Virus record (IMG/VR): IMGVR_UViG_3300036854_000037
Span: 1-61,708 of that record
Source: a virus
Lineage: Duplodnaviria; Caudoviricetes
Length of the DNA: 61,708 nucleotides
Direction: 5' to 3' (one strand)
Shown: piece by piece, positions 1 through 9,575 of the stretch
How the letters are laid out: every line of letters begins with the position of its first letter
Numbering within the stretch: position 1 is the first letter of the stretch
Translations under genes and position numbers: made by a program
The notes under the pieces: generated by a model
Databases searched by the model: none
Seen by the model: only the letters and a program-made list of their open reading frames with translations
What the model was told of the DNA's origin: nothing

Positions 1-1
1 G

Positions 2-2536
2 GCAGAATACGAGACGACGGTCTGCAAGTCCGACTTCCACTACAAGACCGAATGCAAAGCGTGCCCGCTCCGTGGAGAGCATGGCGCCGATATGAAGCCT
101 ACAGGTGTCCTGAGACCTGAGGTGTACATGCTAGGGGAAGCACCAGGACAAGATGAGGTTGAGGAACAGGAACAGTTCGTAGGGAAATCAGGGAAGATAC
201 TACGACCGCTGATCCCCAAACGTTGGAAGGGCGTCCTGAGGTGGAACAACTGCGTCCGCACCCGCCCACCCAACAACCGAACTCCAACGCCAATGGAAAT
301 CGATTCCTGCCGGCACAGCGTCGAAAACGACATCGTTAAGAGTGCGCCGCGCGCTGTGTTCGGGTTCGGTAATGTACCGCTCGAGTGGATGACAAGCCGC
401 ACAGGCATCACCGTGTGGACAGGGCGCTATCTCCCCGTGAAGGTGCTCAGTCACACGTGCTGGTTCTTCCCCATGATGCACCCAGCCTACATCGCGCGCA
501 CATTCGACAAGCGCCCACCCGAGCACTTGCCCGGGTTCAGGTCTGATCTACAGTTCACGTTCAACCGCCACCTCAAGCACGCATTCAAGCTTGTAGAAGA
601 TCTGCCCGACCCCGTGGTGCACACAGTCGACGACGCCTTCCATGATGTTGACTTCGACATGCGCTGCAACGACAACTCCATCGAGCGCATTCGCTCGTTT
701 GTCCTGTCGATGTATGACGCGAAAACGGTTGGGGTCGATCTCGAGACCAATGCTCTGCGGCCCTACAGCAACGCTTCGAAGATCCTCACCATTGCGCTGT
801 CCGGATCAAGGGGCACACTTGCGTGGCCCATGTACCATAAACAAGCACGCTGGACGAAGGAACAGCTTGCTCAGTTGGAGATCATAGTTGAGGACTTCAT
901 TCGCAAGGCTCCGTGCAAGAAGGTCGTGCACAACCTGACGTTCGAACAGGAATGGTTCGCTGTCCTATACGGAGTCGACTCCTTGAGGGAGACCGGCAAC
1001 TGGGGCTGCTCAATGGGGCAAGCCTTTATCCTCGACAACAGGATCCAATCACAGGCTGGCGGTGGACCTCTCAGTCTCGCCTTCCTCACCCTCCAACACT
1101 TCGGCCTCGACATCAAGAAGCTTGCCGGCATCGACCGCAAGGACTTGGACAACGTTGACCTCGACCACGTGCTTCGATACAACGCCGTGGATGCCCGCTA
1201 CCATCGTCTGCTATTTCTACGCCAAGCGAAGCTCCTTGACTTCGAGGACCTGACCTACGTCTACGACGAGCACATCAGGCGCGTGACAACGACATGCCTG
1301 ACCCAGGTCAAGGGAGTCCCCGTTGACCTGACTGCGAACAAGAAACTTACCGCCAAATACGAGGGGCAGAGACAGAAGGTCTGGGAAGAACTCAACGCCC
1401 TCCCCGTGGTCAAGGACTTCAGAGAAACCAAGGGACGCTCCTTCAAGCCCGTTGGCCCTGGAGACGTGCGCTGGTGCGTTCAGCAGCTGCCCAAGGACAT
1501 CAGCAAGGCGGCTCGCGACAACAAGGGTGAGCTATCCAGCATGAGCGAGAAGCAGCTGGGGCTTGTCCGGCACCCTGTCGCCTCCCTCACATTGAAGTAC
1601 CGCAAGCTCAACAAGGTCATCTCAACCTACATCGAACCCGTGCGAGAGCACGTCTTCGATGACGGCAAGGCGCATCCGCAAACGTCTGTCTGCCGCACAC
1701 GAACATGGCGCACCTCAGCATCCGATTGGAACTACCAGAACCAGATCAAGCGTGACCAGGCGCGACGCGAGATAAGGTCGCAGGTTGCGAAGAAGGGGTG
1801 CAAGGTCGTCTCGTTCGACTACGCCCAGATACAGGCTCGCAACATCGGCATGGAGTCCCTGGACAAGAACCTGCTCAAGGCCTTCAAGGATCGCTACGAC
1901 ATCCATTCCGACTGGGTTGAACGCATCGTCCGCGTGCACCCTCGCTGGGTCAAGGAAGGCGCTAAAAAGCTGGCAACCGACAAGGTGCTGTTCAAGAAGT
2001 ACCGAGACAAGGTTAAGCAGGACTTCGTGTTCTCGTCCTTCTTCGGCGCGCGCGGCCACACCGTTGCATACTACCTCGGGTGTGATGACCGGATTGGTGA
2101 GGAGCTGCACGATCAGCTGTGGGACATGTTCCCCGGCGTTCAGAAGTGGCACAAGCGACTCGAGACTATGTACTTCGACTTCGGCTACGTGACCGGCCAT
2201 TCGGGGTTCAGACGGCACGGACCCATCTCCTACAATGAGATGATCAACGCACCCATCCAGGCAGACGAGTCAATGATCGTTCTCGATGCCATGACACGCC
2301 TGTCCGAGCTGGACTGGGTGTACCAAACGAACATGGAAATCCACGACGACCTGACGTTCATTTGGCCCCATCAGAAGGTCGACGAACGCATCGAGACAGT
2401 GCTGGATACGATGCTCACGGTACCCTACCCATGGGCTCGCGTCTGTCCCATAGGAGTTGAGGTATTGATAGGTGACGACTGGTACCAGCAAAAACCAGCC
2501 GGTGAGTATTTCTCGGATACGTGGAGGAAGAAGTGA
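2..2536 (+). CDS. Family A DNA polymerase with N-terminal family-4 uracil-DNA-glycosylase-like domain and 3'-5' exonuclease (probably 5'-truncated by the window edge)
   Basis: Frame open from nt 2 (..ECKACPL..); GEAPG and HPAY UDG motifs; DLET/HNLTFE/YNAVD exo motifs; DYAQIQAR, R..K...FVF..FFG and IHDD pol motifs. Confidence 0.93.
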   Translation, partial: AEYETTVCKSDFHYKTECKACPLRGEHGADMKPTGVLRPEVYMLGEAPGQDEVEEQEQFVGKSGKILRPLIPKRWKGVLRWNNCVRTRPPNNRTPTPMEIDSCRHSVENDIVKSAPRAVFGFGNVPLEWMTSRTGITVWTGRYLPVKVLSHTCWFFPMMHPAYIARTFDKRPPEHLPGFRSDLQFTFNRHLKHAFKLVEDLPDPVVHTVDDAFHDVDFDMRCNDNSIERIRSFVLSMYDAKTVGVDLETNALRPYSNASKILTIALSGSRGTLAWPMYHKQARWTKEQLAQLEIIVEDFIRKAPCKKVVHNLTFEQEWFAVLYGVDSLRETGNWGCSMGQAFILDNRIQSQAGGGPLSLAFLTLQHFGLDIKKLAGIDRKDLDNVDLDHVLRYNAVDARYHRLLFLRQAKLLDFEDLTYVYDEHIRRVTTTCLTQVKGVPVDLTANKKLTAKYEGQRQKVWEELNALPVVKDFRETKGRSFKPVGPGDVRWCVQQLPKDISKAARDNKGELSSMSEKQLGLVRHPVASLTLKYRKLNKVISTYIEPVREHVFDDGKAHPQTSVCRTRTWRTSASDWNYQNQIKRDQARREIRSQVAKKGCKVVSFDYAQIQARNIGMESLDKNLLKAFKDRYDIHSDWVERIVRVHPRWVKEGAKKLATDKVLFKKYRDKVKQDFVFSSFFGARGHTVAYYLGCDDRIGEELHDQLWDMFPGVQKWHKRLETMYFDFGYVTGHSGFRRHGPISYNEMINAPIQADESMIVLDAMTRLSELDWVYQTNMEIHDDLTFIWPHQKVDERIETVLDTMLTVPYPWARVCPIGVEVLIGDDWYQQKPAGEYFSDTWRKK

Positions 2537-2835
2537 CCAACGATCAAAAGCCACTGCCCTCAATAGAGGAACTGATAGGCCCCAAGCTCACCACTGCTAT
2601 GGAGCGCCTGGAGCATGATTTGTCGAGGCGGGGTGGCCCAGCCTTCCCCTTGGGCTTTATCGAGATCGCAGGCAAAACAGGCTTCCTGGTGAGCGGCATG
2701 ACGATCCGTGACTATATGGCTTCGGCCGTCTTGCCCTCACTGATCCTGCGGGCGCGGCCGAACTCAACGGCAACCGCCATCGTTCAAGATGCGTACAAGT
2801 TTGCCGACGCCATGCTCAGGGAGCGCGACCTTTGA
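2533..2835 (+). CDS. Phage hypothetical protein
   Basis: GTGA overlap with pol stop; PAFP..GMTIRDY..A..AY..ADAML pattern typical of small phage proteins. Confidence 0.7.
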   Translation: MTNDQKPLPSIEELIGPKLTTAMERLEHDLSRRGGPAFPLGFIEIAGKTGFLVSGMTIRDYMASAVLPSLILRARPNSTATAIVQDAYKFADAMLRERDL

Positions 2836-3761
2836 CCATCCTACACGAGAAGTATCGGCCTGGGAAGTTCGTCGATGTGTTCGGGCAAGGACACTTGATC
2901 TCCCAGCTGGAGGAGGCGGTCAAGAAGCGCTCGTCCCATGCCTTCCTCTTCTCCGGGCCGGCCGGGTGCGGCAAGACAACCCTTGCCCGCATCTGCGCCC
3001 GTGAACTGGGTTGCCGCGACCTCGACATCCGCGAGACCGATGGGGCGACCGATAGTGGGGTCGATGAAATGCGCGCCTTGCAGAACGCCATGCGCTACAA
3101 ACCACTTGGTGGTGGGAAGGCACGCGCCTGCATTATCGACGAGGCGCACAGGATATCCAAACAGGCATTCGACTCCCTCTTGAAGGTCATGGAGGAGCCA
3201 CCCGAGCACCTCTTCTGGTTCCTGTGCACGACAGCACCCGAGAAGTTGCAGAAGACAATTCGGTCTCGATGCATGCCCTTCACCGTGAAGTCGCTGTCTG
3301 ATGACGACATGAAGGAATTTCTTGGTGGCATCACGAGGGCTGAGAAACTCAAGACCTCAGACGAGGTCCTGTCGGTTTGTGCTATCGAGGCTGCTGGATC
3401 GTTGCGTCAGGGGCTCGTCAACCTGGCCATGTGCTCCAGCTGCAAGACACGTCGTGAAGCCAAGGCTCTCCTGCAACGATTGGATGAGAGCGATCCCATG
3501 CGGGAACTGTGTCAGTTCATCATCCGTGGTGGGTCCTGGTCCAAGTTCATTGCTCTCATGGAGAAGCTGGAAGACCAGAGCCCCGAAGGCATCCGCATTA
3601 TGATTGTCAACTACCTTGGTGGCTGCCTCAAGAATGCCAACAGTGACAAGGAAGCGATGGGCTTCCTGGGGCTGCTGCAGCACTTCGAGAGCCCCTACAA
3701 CGACTCGGAGAAGATGTCGCCGCTGTTTTTGTCTGTCGGTCGCGCGCTCTTCTCCGAATAA
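2832..3761 (+). CDS. Clamp-loader AAA+ ATPase (DnaX gamma/tau-like)
   Basis: LHEKYRP, GPAGCGKTT Walker A, IIDEAH Walker B, LLKVMEEPP, TIRSRC. Confidence 0.92.
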   Translation: MTILHEKYRPGKFVDVFGQGHLISQLEEAVKKRSSHAFLFSGPAGCGKTTLARICARELGCRDLDIRETDGATDSGVDEMRALQNAMRYKPLGGGKARACIIDEAHRISKQAFDSLLKVMEEPPEHLFWFLCTTAPEKLQKTIRSRCMPFTVKSLSDDDMKEFLGGITRAEKLKTSDEVLSVCAIEAAGSLRQGLVNLAMCSSCKTRREAKALLQRLDESDPMRELCQFIIRGGSWSKFIALMEKLEDQSPEGIRIMIVNYLGGCLKNANSDKEAMGFLGLLQHFESPYNDSEKMSPLFLSVGRALFSE

Positions 3762-3791
3762 CCCGGTATCACCCATTCAAGGGAGTGGTGT

Positions 3792-4295
3792 ATGTCCTAC
3801 GACGCCAAGATCAAGGAACTTGCTGGCAGGCTCTCTATCGACAAGGATGATCTTGATACCGAACTGATCACACACGCCGAGCTGTATTGGCACGCCAGCG
3901 AGATGCTTAGTGAGTTGACAGAACTGCGCGATAAGACCAAGCAAGACTTGAAACTCCGTGAGGCTGAGATCGATGCAGAGGAGCGCGAGAACGCCGCCAT
4001 CACGTCCTCGAAGATCACAGACAAGCAAGTCGGTGCGATCACAGCGGCCGATGAGATCGTAGTGCAAATGCAATCCGATCTGATCAAGCAAAACCAAATG
4101 GTGAAACGAGTCGAGGGTCTTGTGGACTCCTACAGGGAGCGCCGCCACAACCTCAACAAGCTGGTCGACCTGTACACATCCAACTACTGGTCGGCACCAC
4201 GTGGGGTGAACAGTCAGGAGGCAAAAATCAGGCGGTCAGAAGAGGCCCGCCGCGAGATAGTAGAGTTGAGAAAGAAGCGTCCCAAACTGAGGTGA
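3792..4295 (+). CDS. UvsY-like recombination mediator
   Basis: Helical 167-aa protein (LSIDKDDLDTEL..HAELY) between clamp loader and SSB/RecA. Confidence 0.6.
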   Translation: MSYDAKIKELAGRLSIDKDDLDTELITHAELYWHASEMLSELTELRDKTKQDLKLREAEIDAEERENAAITSSKITDKQVGAITAADEIVVQMQSDLIKQNQMVKRVEGLVDSYRERRHNLNKLVDLYTSNYWSAPRGVNSQEAKIRRSEEARREIVELRKKRPKLR

Positions 4296-4299
4296 GACA

Positions 4300-5484
4300 A
4301 TGGTCAACCGACTACTGGGCAAGCGTGTCGCGAAGGAAGCTCGCGGCATCAAGTTCCATTACAAACCACACAAGCCGGAGAACATCAAGAAGCGCGCGGA
4401 GCATCGGGGTAACCGCCGCGACAGCTACATCAGCGGCAACGTAGAGATGTTCTTCGCCAACCCAGGCGAGAGTGTCCTCCGTGTCCTCCCGCCGACGTGG
4501 GACGACAACGAGCACTGGGGCTTCGACGTCGCCGCCCACCGCTACATCGGCGCTGGAGGCGGCCACTATCTGTGCCTCGCCTACAATGGCGACGGCTCCC
4601 CAACAGGCAAGCGCTGCCCCATCTGCGACGCTGCCGAGGACGCGAACAACGAAGGCGACAAGGAACTCTACGACGCCTTCAAATGGAAGGCTCGTGTTCT
4701 GATGTGGGTCGTTGACCGTGTTAAGGAGAAGGAGGGCGCCAAGGTGTGGGATATTTCGCGTACGCAGGACGCAGAGCTGTCCAATCAGTGCAGCCTCAAG
4801 AAGGGGCAGTCTCTGCAGATCGACAATCCTGACGTCGGGTTCGACGTGATCATGCAGCGCAAGGGGCAGGGCAAGACCAACACCCGCTACAGCATGGTGA
4901 TCGATCGCGACGAGAGCCCCATCTCCAACGATCCCAAGCAACAGCAGAAGATCCTTGACTTCATCGTGGCGAACCCCCTGCCGAGCATCCTCAAGCGCAA
5001 GAATGCCGAGTACCTGGAGAAGGTCATCGCCGGCACGATGGAGCAGAAGGACGAGGAACTCGACGAGGAGGAGAACGAGGGCGAGGAGGAAGAGGAAGAG
5101 ACGCCGAAGAAGCCCAAGAAGAAGCGTCCGTCACGTGAGGAGGAAGAGGAGGAACCAGAAGAGGAAGAGGAGGAACCGGAAGAGGAAGAGGAAGAGCCCG
5201 AGGAAGAGGAGGAGCCGGAAGAGGAAGAGGAAGAGCGCCCCCGTGGCCGCTCCAAACAGAAGCCGACCCGTCGTGCCAGCCGACGCGATGAAGAGGAAGA
5301 GGAGGAACCGGAAGAGGAAGAGGAGGAACCGGAAGAGGAAGAGGAAGAGCCCGAGGAAGAGGAGGAGCCGGAAGAGGAACCAGAAGAGGAAGAGGAGCGC
5401 CCTCGCCGCAAGGTTGCCAAGAGGCCTTCTCGCCGTGACGAGGAGGAAGAGCGCCCGCGTCGTCGCCTCAGCAATCGTCGGTAG
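4300..5484 (+). CDS. gp32-like single-stranded DNA-binding protein with long charged C-terminal tail
   Basis: LRVLPP, H/C..CPIC zinc ligands, IDNPDVGFDV..KGQG..TRY; Glu-rich tail. Confidence 0.75.
   Translation: MVNRLLGKRVAKEARGIKFHYKPHKPENIKKRAEHRGNRRDSYISGNVEMFFANPGESVLRVLPPTWDDNEHWGFDVAAHRYIGAGGGHYLCLAYNGDGSPTGKRCPICDAAEDANNEGDKELYDAFKWKARVLMWVVDRVKEKEGAKVWDISRTQDAELSNQCSLKKGQSLQIDNPDVGFDVIMQRKGQGKTNTRYSMVIDRDESPISNDPKQQQKILDFIVANPLPSILKRKNAEYLEKVIAGTMEQKDEELDEEENEGEEEEEETPKKPKKKRPSREEEEEEPEEEEEEPEEEEEEPEEEEEPEEEEEERPRGRSKQKPTRRASRRDEEEEEEPEEEEEEPEEEEEEPEEEEEPEEEPEEEEERPRRKVAKRPSRRDEEEERPRRRLSNRR
5140..5379 (+). repeat. 87-bp direct repeat (5140-5226 and 5293-5379, one mismatch) encoding (E5-6 P)n blocks in the SSB tail
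   Basis: 29 codons identical except cca/ccg. Confidence 0.9.
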
Positions 5485-5493
5485 GAAGCTTCC

Positions 5494-6558
5494 GTGGTCA
5501 GAACGCGACTCGAGGTCGTTGAAGGTGGGGTGGAGGACGCCCCACCACTATCACCAGCCAAGATTGCTGCAACGCAGAGGATACCTGTCCTCAATCCATC
5601 GAAGTCCGTCAAGTTCATCAGCAGCGGATGTACGTTGCTCGATCAGGCGTTGGGTGGTGGTTGGGCTGAGAAGCGGATCGCCAACATCATCGGTGACAAG
5701 TCAGCCGGCAAGACATTGCTGGCCATCGAGGTCGCCGCCAACTTCCATCTCAAATATCCCAAGGGTCGCATTCTGTACAGGGAGGCAGAAGCAGCCTTCG
5801 ATAGAGGCTATGCCAAGTCTCTTGGTATGCCGATTGAGGCGGTCGACTTCGGGAACAAACTAGACACGGTTGAGGAGTTCTTCGACGACATGTCCGCAGC
5901 CGTGAAGTTCACCAAGCCATCCCTGTACGTCCTCGACTCCCTTGATGCGCTCTCCGACGATGCGGAGATGCAGCGCGGGCTCAATGAACCGACATACGGG
6001 ACTGAGAAGGCGCGCAAGCTGTCACAACTGTTCCGGCGCCTCGTCCGTGACATGTCATCATCCAACCTGACGTTGATCATCATCTCGCAGATCAGGTCCA
6101 AGATCGGCTGGTCGATGGGGCGCACAACGACCCGCTCGGGTGGTCGTGCACTGGACTTCTACGCCTCACAGGTTCTCTACCTGTCGCACCTCGGCAGGCT
6201 GGCCAAGACCATTGAAGGCATCAAGCGTCCTATCGGTTTGCGCATAGGCGCGATGGTCGACAAGAACAAGGTTGGGCCACCACTGCGCGAGGCAGAGTTC
6301 ACCCTGCAGTTTGGTTACGGTATCGATGACCTGACAAGCTGTGTCAACTGGCTTGCCGAGGTCGGGAAGCTGGATGACATCGAACTGACGAACAAGAAGG
6401 GCGCAACAACCGCGTTCATCAAGGAGGTCAACGGACTCGCTGATCATGAGTACACCCAGAAACTAGCCTGGGTCCAGGGCAAGGTCCGTGATCGCTGGAA
6501 TATGATTGAAACCACATTCCTTCCGAAGCGCCACAAGTACGGAAATGGGCAAGACTGA
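5494..6558 (+). CDS. RecA/UvsX-like recombinase
   Basis: ISSGCTLLDQALGGG, GDKSAGKT, VLDSLDAL, SGGRALDFYAS, KNKVGPP. Confidence 0.93.
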   Translation: MVRTRLEVVEGGVEDAPPLSPAKIAATQRIPVLNPSKSVKFISSGCTLLDQALGGGWAEKRIANIIGDKSAGKTLLAIEVAANFHLKYPKGRILYREAEAAFDRGYAKSLGMPIEAVDFGNKLDTVEEFFDDMSAAVKFTKPSLYVLDSLDALSDDAEMQRGLNEPTYGTEKARKLSQLFRRLVRDMSSSNLTLIIISQIRSKIGWSMGRTTTRSGGRALDFYASQVLYLSHLGRLAKTIEGIKRPIGLRIGAMVDKNKVGPPLREAEFTLQFGYGIDDLTSCVNWLAEVGKLDDIELTNKKGATTAFIKEVNGLADHEYTQKLAWVQGKVRDRWNMIETTFLPKRHKYGNGQD

Positions 6559-6761
6559 TGGACACCTACCAATTCATCGTTGAGCTACTGAAGATCGTTG
6601 CGGGTTTGGCTTGGCCTGCAGCGCTCGTAGCCGTGGCCTACATCGTCAAGCGCATCCTCGACGCCGACGATGACAAGCCGGAACAACCGAAGGAGTCAGT
6701 TTCCGATGTCCGCACAAGGCACTCCAACCCCCCGCCTCCGACTTATCCGCCGCGGTGGTGA
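6558..6761 (+). CDS. Small membrane protein
   Basis: One hydrophobic helix (IVAGLAWPAALVAVAYIV); stop/start coupled to recA. Confidence 0.6.
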   Translation: MDTYQFIVELLKIVAGLAWPAALVAVAYIVKRILDADDDKPEQPKESVSDVRTRHSNPPPPTYPPRW

Positions 6762-6935
6762 TGGCATCATCCAACAGCTGGTCTACGTCACGTTCGACGT
6801 AGGGCAGACCAAAGAGCGTTCGCGCTGGGTCTGGCTTGATCTGTCGGTGGGAGTCGAGACCGAGGACGAGAAGAAGGCGCGCCTTGAGGTTGAAGGCATC
6901 AAGGACTTCGTCCTGGCAACGTATCAGTTTGTTAG

Positions 6936-7235
6936 GTGACGACTATGCCCGTGAAGATGTGGAAGAGCCAACTAGACATCGAAGCCCTACAAGCAGTCGA
7001 GATGCCGATTGGCGCTGAAATCCTACATGCTGCAGGGCAATCAGAACCAGGTCGTCCATCGGAGGGCTTCCCCGTTATCTGGTATAGGTGCGATCCTGAG
7101 GCGAAGTACGAAAAACGATGGATCGCCATGTGCGGCACCGGCCACGAAGTGCCGTCTGGTGGCCTCTATCTTGGGACTGCCCACTTGCACAATGGCAGGT
7201 TGGTCCTCCACCTCTTCGAGGTAATGCCCAAATGA
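6936..7235 (+). CDS. Phage hypothetical protein
   Basis: MP.GAEIL..GTGH..YLGT..LVLHLFE pattern; coupled to the next gene. Confidence 0.65.
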   Translation: MTTMPVKMWKSQLDIEALQAVEMPIGAEILHAAGQSEPGRPSEGFPVIWYRCDPEAKYEKRWIAMCGTGHEVPSGGLYLGTAHLHNGRLVLHLFEVMPK

Positions 7236-7744
7236 ACGGCAAGCAGAAGGGGTCAGCGTTCGAGCGTGAGGTCTGCAAAAAACTATCGCTGTGGGTTTCG
7301 CATGGCAAGAGCGTCGACCTCTTCTGGAGAAGCGCAATGAGTGGCGGGCGCGCCACTGTAGCACGCACCCGTGGTCGGGTTGTGCGACAGGCGGGTGACA
7401 TCACAGCGGTAGCGCCTGAGGGCCATGCTCTAACAGACCTCACGTACATCGAGTGCAAGTTTTATCGTGACTTGGATATTGAGTCCTTCCTGATCCACGA
7501 GAAGGGTAAGCTTGCTGGGTTCTGGCGCTCTACAAAGATCAATGCGAAGGTTAACGTCAAGGCCCCGTGGTTGATTGCCAAACAGAACAGGCTTCCAACG
7601 CTACTGATCACAGCGCGTAATAACCATACCATTCGGTCAATGGCGCGGAACTATCCTTCCCTCCTCACAACACACCTTGACGGCGAGCCCTGCGACTTCT
7701 GGATATTTGACAACGTGCTAACCCTAAGATGGAGTCCACCATGA
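7232..7744 (+). CDS. PD-(D/E)xK Holliday junction resolvase-like nuclease
   Basis: KQKGSAFERE..GDI..IECK; ATGA overlap at 7232 is the better start than 7118. Confidence 0.8.
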   Translation: MNGKQKGSAFEREVCKKLSLWVSHGKSVDLFWRSAMSGGRATVARTRGRVVRQAGDITAVAPEGHALTDLTYIECKFYRDLDIESFLIHEKGKLAGFWRSTKINAKVNVKAPWLIAKQNRLPTLLITARNNHTIRSMARNYPSLLTTHLDGEPCDFWIFDNVLTLRWSPP

Positions 7745-8139
7745 CAGAGAAACGCCATCCGATCCTATGCGTTGACTTCGATGGAGTCATCAACTCGTAC
7801 AAGTCCGGCTTCATCAAAGCCCACGTGATCCCAGACCCACCCGTGCCTGGTGCCCTTGCCTTCCTGAGAGAGTCGCTCAAGCACTTCGACACCAACATCT
7901 TCTCGAGCCGCACCCACCAGCCTGGAGGCCTGGAGGCGATGAAGGCTTACATCCACTACTACGCCGTCGATGAAAACCCGGCAGTCCTCTTGCAAGACGA
8001 CCCGTGGATGAACCGGCTGAACTGGCCCATGCAGAAGCCACCTGCATTCGTCACGCTCGACGACAGGGGCTGGACCTTCAACGGCGCATTCCCCTCAATG
8101 GAGGAGTTGCTCGCCTTCAAACCGTGGTGGCAGAAATGA
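7741..8139 (+). CDS. HAD-superfamily phosphatase
   Basis: CVDFDGVI motif I; KP..LDD motifs. Confidence 0.75.
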   Translation: MTEKRHPILCVDFDGVINSYKSGFIKAHVIPDPPVPGALAFLRESLKHFDTNIFSSRTHQPGGLEAMKAYIHYYAVDENPAVLLQDDPWMNRLNWPMQKPPAFVTLDDRGWTFNGAFPSMEELLAFKPWWQK

Positions 8140-8360
8140 TGCAGAAGGTGATCGTTGTCGAGAACATCGCTCGTGACAGCGACATCTACATCGATGCGGG
8201 GATGGCGCGGGTTGCCATCCCTTCGGTGCACAGGCCTGTCGGGAGGGCGGTGCAAGTCCTGTTCAAGGGCGAGCTGGCCGACTTCGATGCGGCAAGGAAG
8301 GAGCTGAAGAGGGCGAAGGGCAGCAGGGGGAAAGCAGGGACAGGTGGCCAACGCAGGTAG
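8136..8360 (+). CDS. Hypothetical protein
   Basis: ATGA-coupled ORF in the operon. Confidence 0.5.
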   Translation: MMQKVIVVENIARDSDIYIDAGMARVAIPSVHRPVGRAVQVLFKGELADFDAARKELKRAKGSRGKAGTGGQRR

Positions 8361-8595
8361 AACGCGCCTCAGCCAGCATCTTGCACAGAGGAGAGAACGG
8401 GTGCGACTTCCGAAGAAGGCGGAGAGGCGTACTGTGCTCGACCTCGAGTCGAACATGTGTCATTGGCCTGTGGGGACAGACAGTCAAGGCAGACACCTGT
8501 TTTGCTGCGAGACAGTCGAGGCGGCTGGTAGAGCGTACTGCACCATCCACGGGCAAATGGCCTACCAACCACTATACCAAAGGCGCCATCGATGA
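8344..8595 (+). CDS. GcrA-family C-terminal domain protein
   Basis: LDLESNMCHWPVG..LFCC..AYCTIH..AYQP matches the GcrA C-terminal Cys/His pattern. Confidence 0.75.
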   Translation: MANAGRTRLSQHLAQRRERVRLPKKAERRTVLDLESNMCHWPVGTDSQGRHLFCCETVEAAGRAYCTIHGQMAYQPLYQRRHR

Positions 8596-9572
8596 CGATC
8601 CTTGTGACTGCCGACTGGCACCTCAACGACAATCCCCGCGACGAGTACCGGCATCAGTTCCAGCGCAAGCTCCGTGGTCTGGTTGAGGACAACCAGGCAA
8701 CGACTGTCGTCATGCTGGGTGACCTGACAGAGGCAAAGGAGGGGCATAACGCCCACCTCGTCAACCGCATCATGAACCAGCTGGCCTTACTATCGAGGCT
8801 GGCGCACGTGATCATCCTCAAGGGCAATCACGACTACATCGATCCCGCATGCCCGTTCTTCGGTTTCGTGCACCACATGCCCAACATCGAATGGGTAGGG
8901 AAGCCGTGCGTACTCAAGATCGACGGCAAATACTATACGTTCCTTCCACACACAGACAACTACAAGGCTGATTGGCACCCATCCTTCTTCAAGGGTTCTA
9001 CCGTATTCGCACACGCGACATTCAAGGGTGCTGTGTCGGAGAGCGGACGGGAACTCGATGGTATCCCGCGTGACGCCATCGTGAGTGGCCTACCCGTGAT
9101 CGCTGGCGATGTGCACGTACCACAGACCATCGGCCATGTCACCTACGTTGGTTCACCCTACACCATCAAGTTTGGCGACGACTTCGTACCTCGTGTTCTG
9201 ATCATCAAGAAGGGTAGGATCACATCAGTCCCGTGCCCTGGGCAGCAGAAGCGTCTGATCCGTGTAACCAGCCTCGACGAAGCCAAGAAGAAGATACAGT
9301 CCAAACCCAAGGACATCATGAAGGTTCAGATTGCCTGGGATGGCCAGCGCATTGAGGAATGGCGCACAGCCCGCCGTGACTTGCTCGAATGGTCACGCGC
9401 CCGCGGCATTGAACTGCATGGCGTCGAGGCCGTTGTCGATGCACCAGAGCGCGCCAAGAAGTATCAGGCTGGGCAAGCGCAACGAGATGACGAAATCATC
9501 GCCGCCTACTGCAAGGCGAACGATGTTAACCAGGTTCTGGAGAAGGTAGGGCAGAAGATAGCCAAGGGGTAG
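8592..9572 (+). CDS. SbcD/Mre11 (gp47)-like metallophosphoesterase nuclease
   Basis: ADWH, GDL, GNHD, H and GDVH..YVGSP motifs. Confidence 0.9.
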   Translation: MTILVTADWHLNDNPRDEYRHQFQRKLRGLVEDNQATTVVMLGDLTEAKEGHNAHLVNRIMNQLALLSRLAHVIILKGNHDYIDPACPFFGFVHHMPNIEWVGKPCVLKIDGKYYTFLPHTDNYKADWHPSFFKGSTVFAHATFKGAVSESGRELDGIPRDAIVSGLPVIAGDVHVPQTIGHVTYVGSPYTIKFGDDFVPRVLIIKKGRITSVPCPGQQKRLIRVTSLDEAKKKIQSKPKDIMKVQIAWDGQRIEEWRTARRDLLEWSRARGIELHGVEAVVDAPERAKKYQAGQAQRDDEIIAAYCKANDVNQVLEKVGQKIAKG

Positions 9573-9575
9573 GTC

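Noticed and set aside
4887-5863. Long Ser-rich (-) and Arg-rich (+) ORFs over the SSB tail
   Set aside because: Shadow frames of the GAR-rich Glu repeat.
6670-6939. 89-aa ORF between the recA-linked membrane gene and 6936
   Set aside because: The 3' half looks coding, but the only start overlaps the upstream gene by ~90 nt and no RBS is evident, so it cannot be called reliably.
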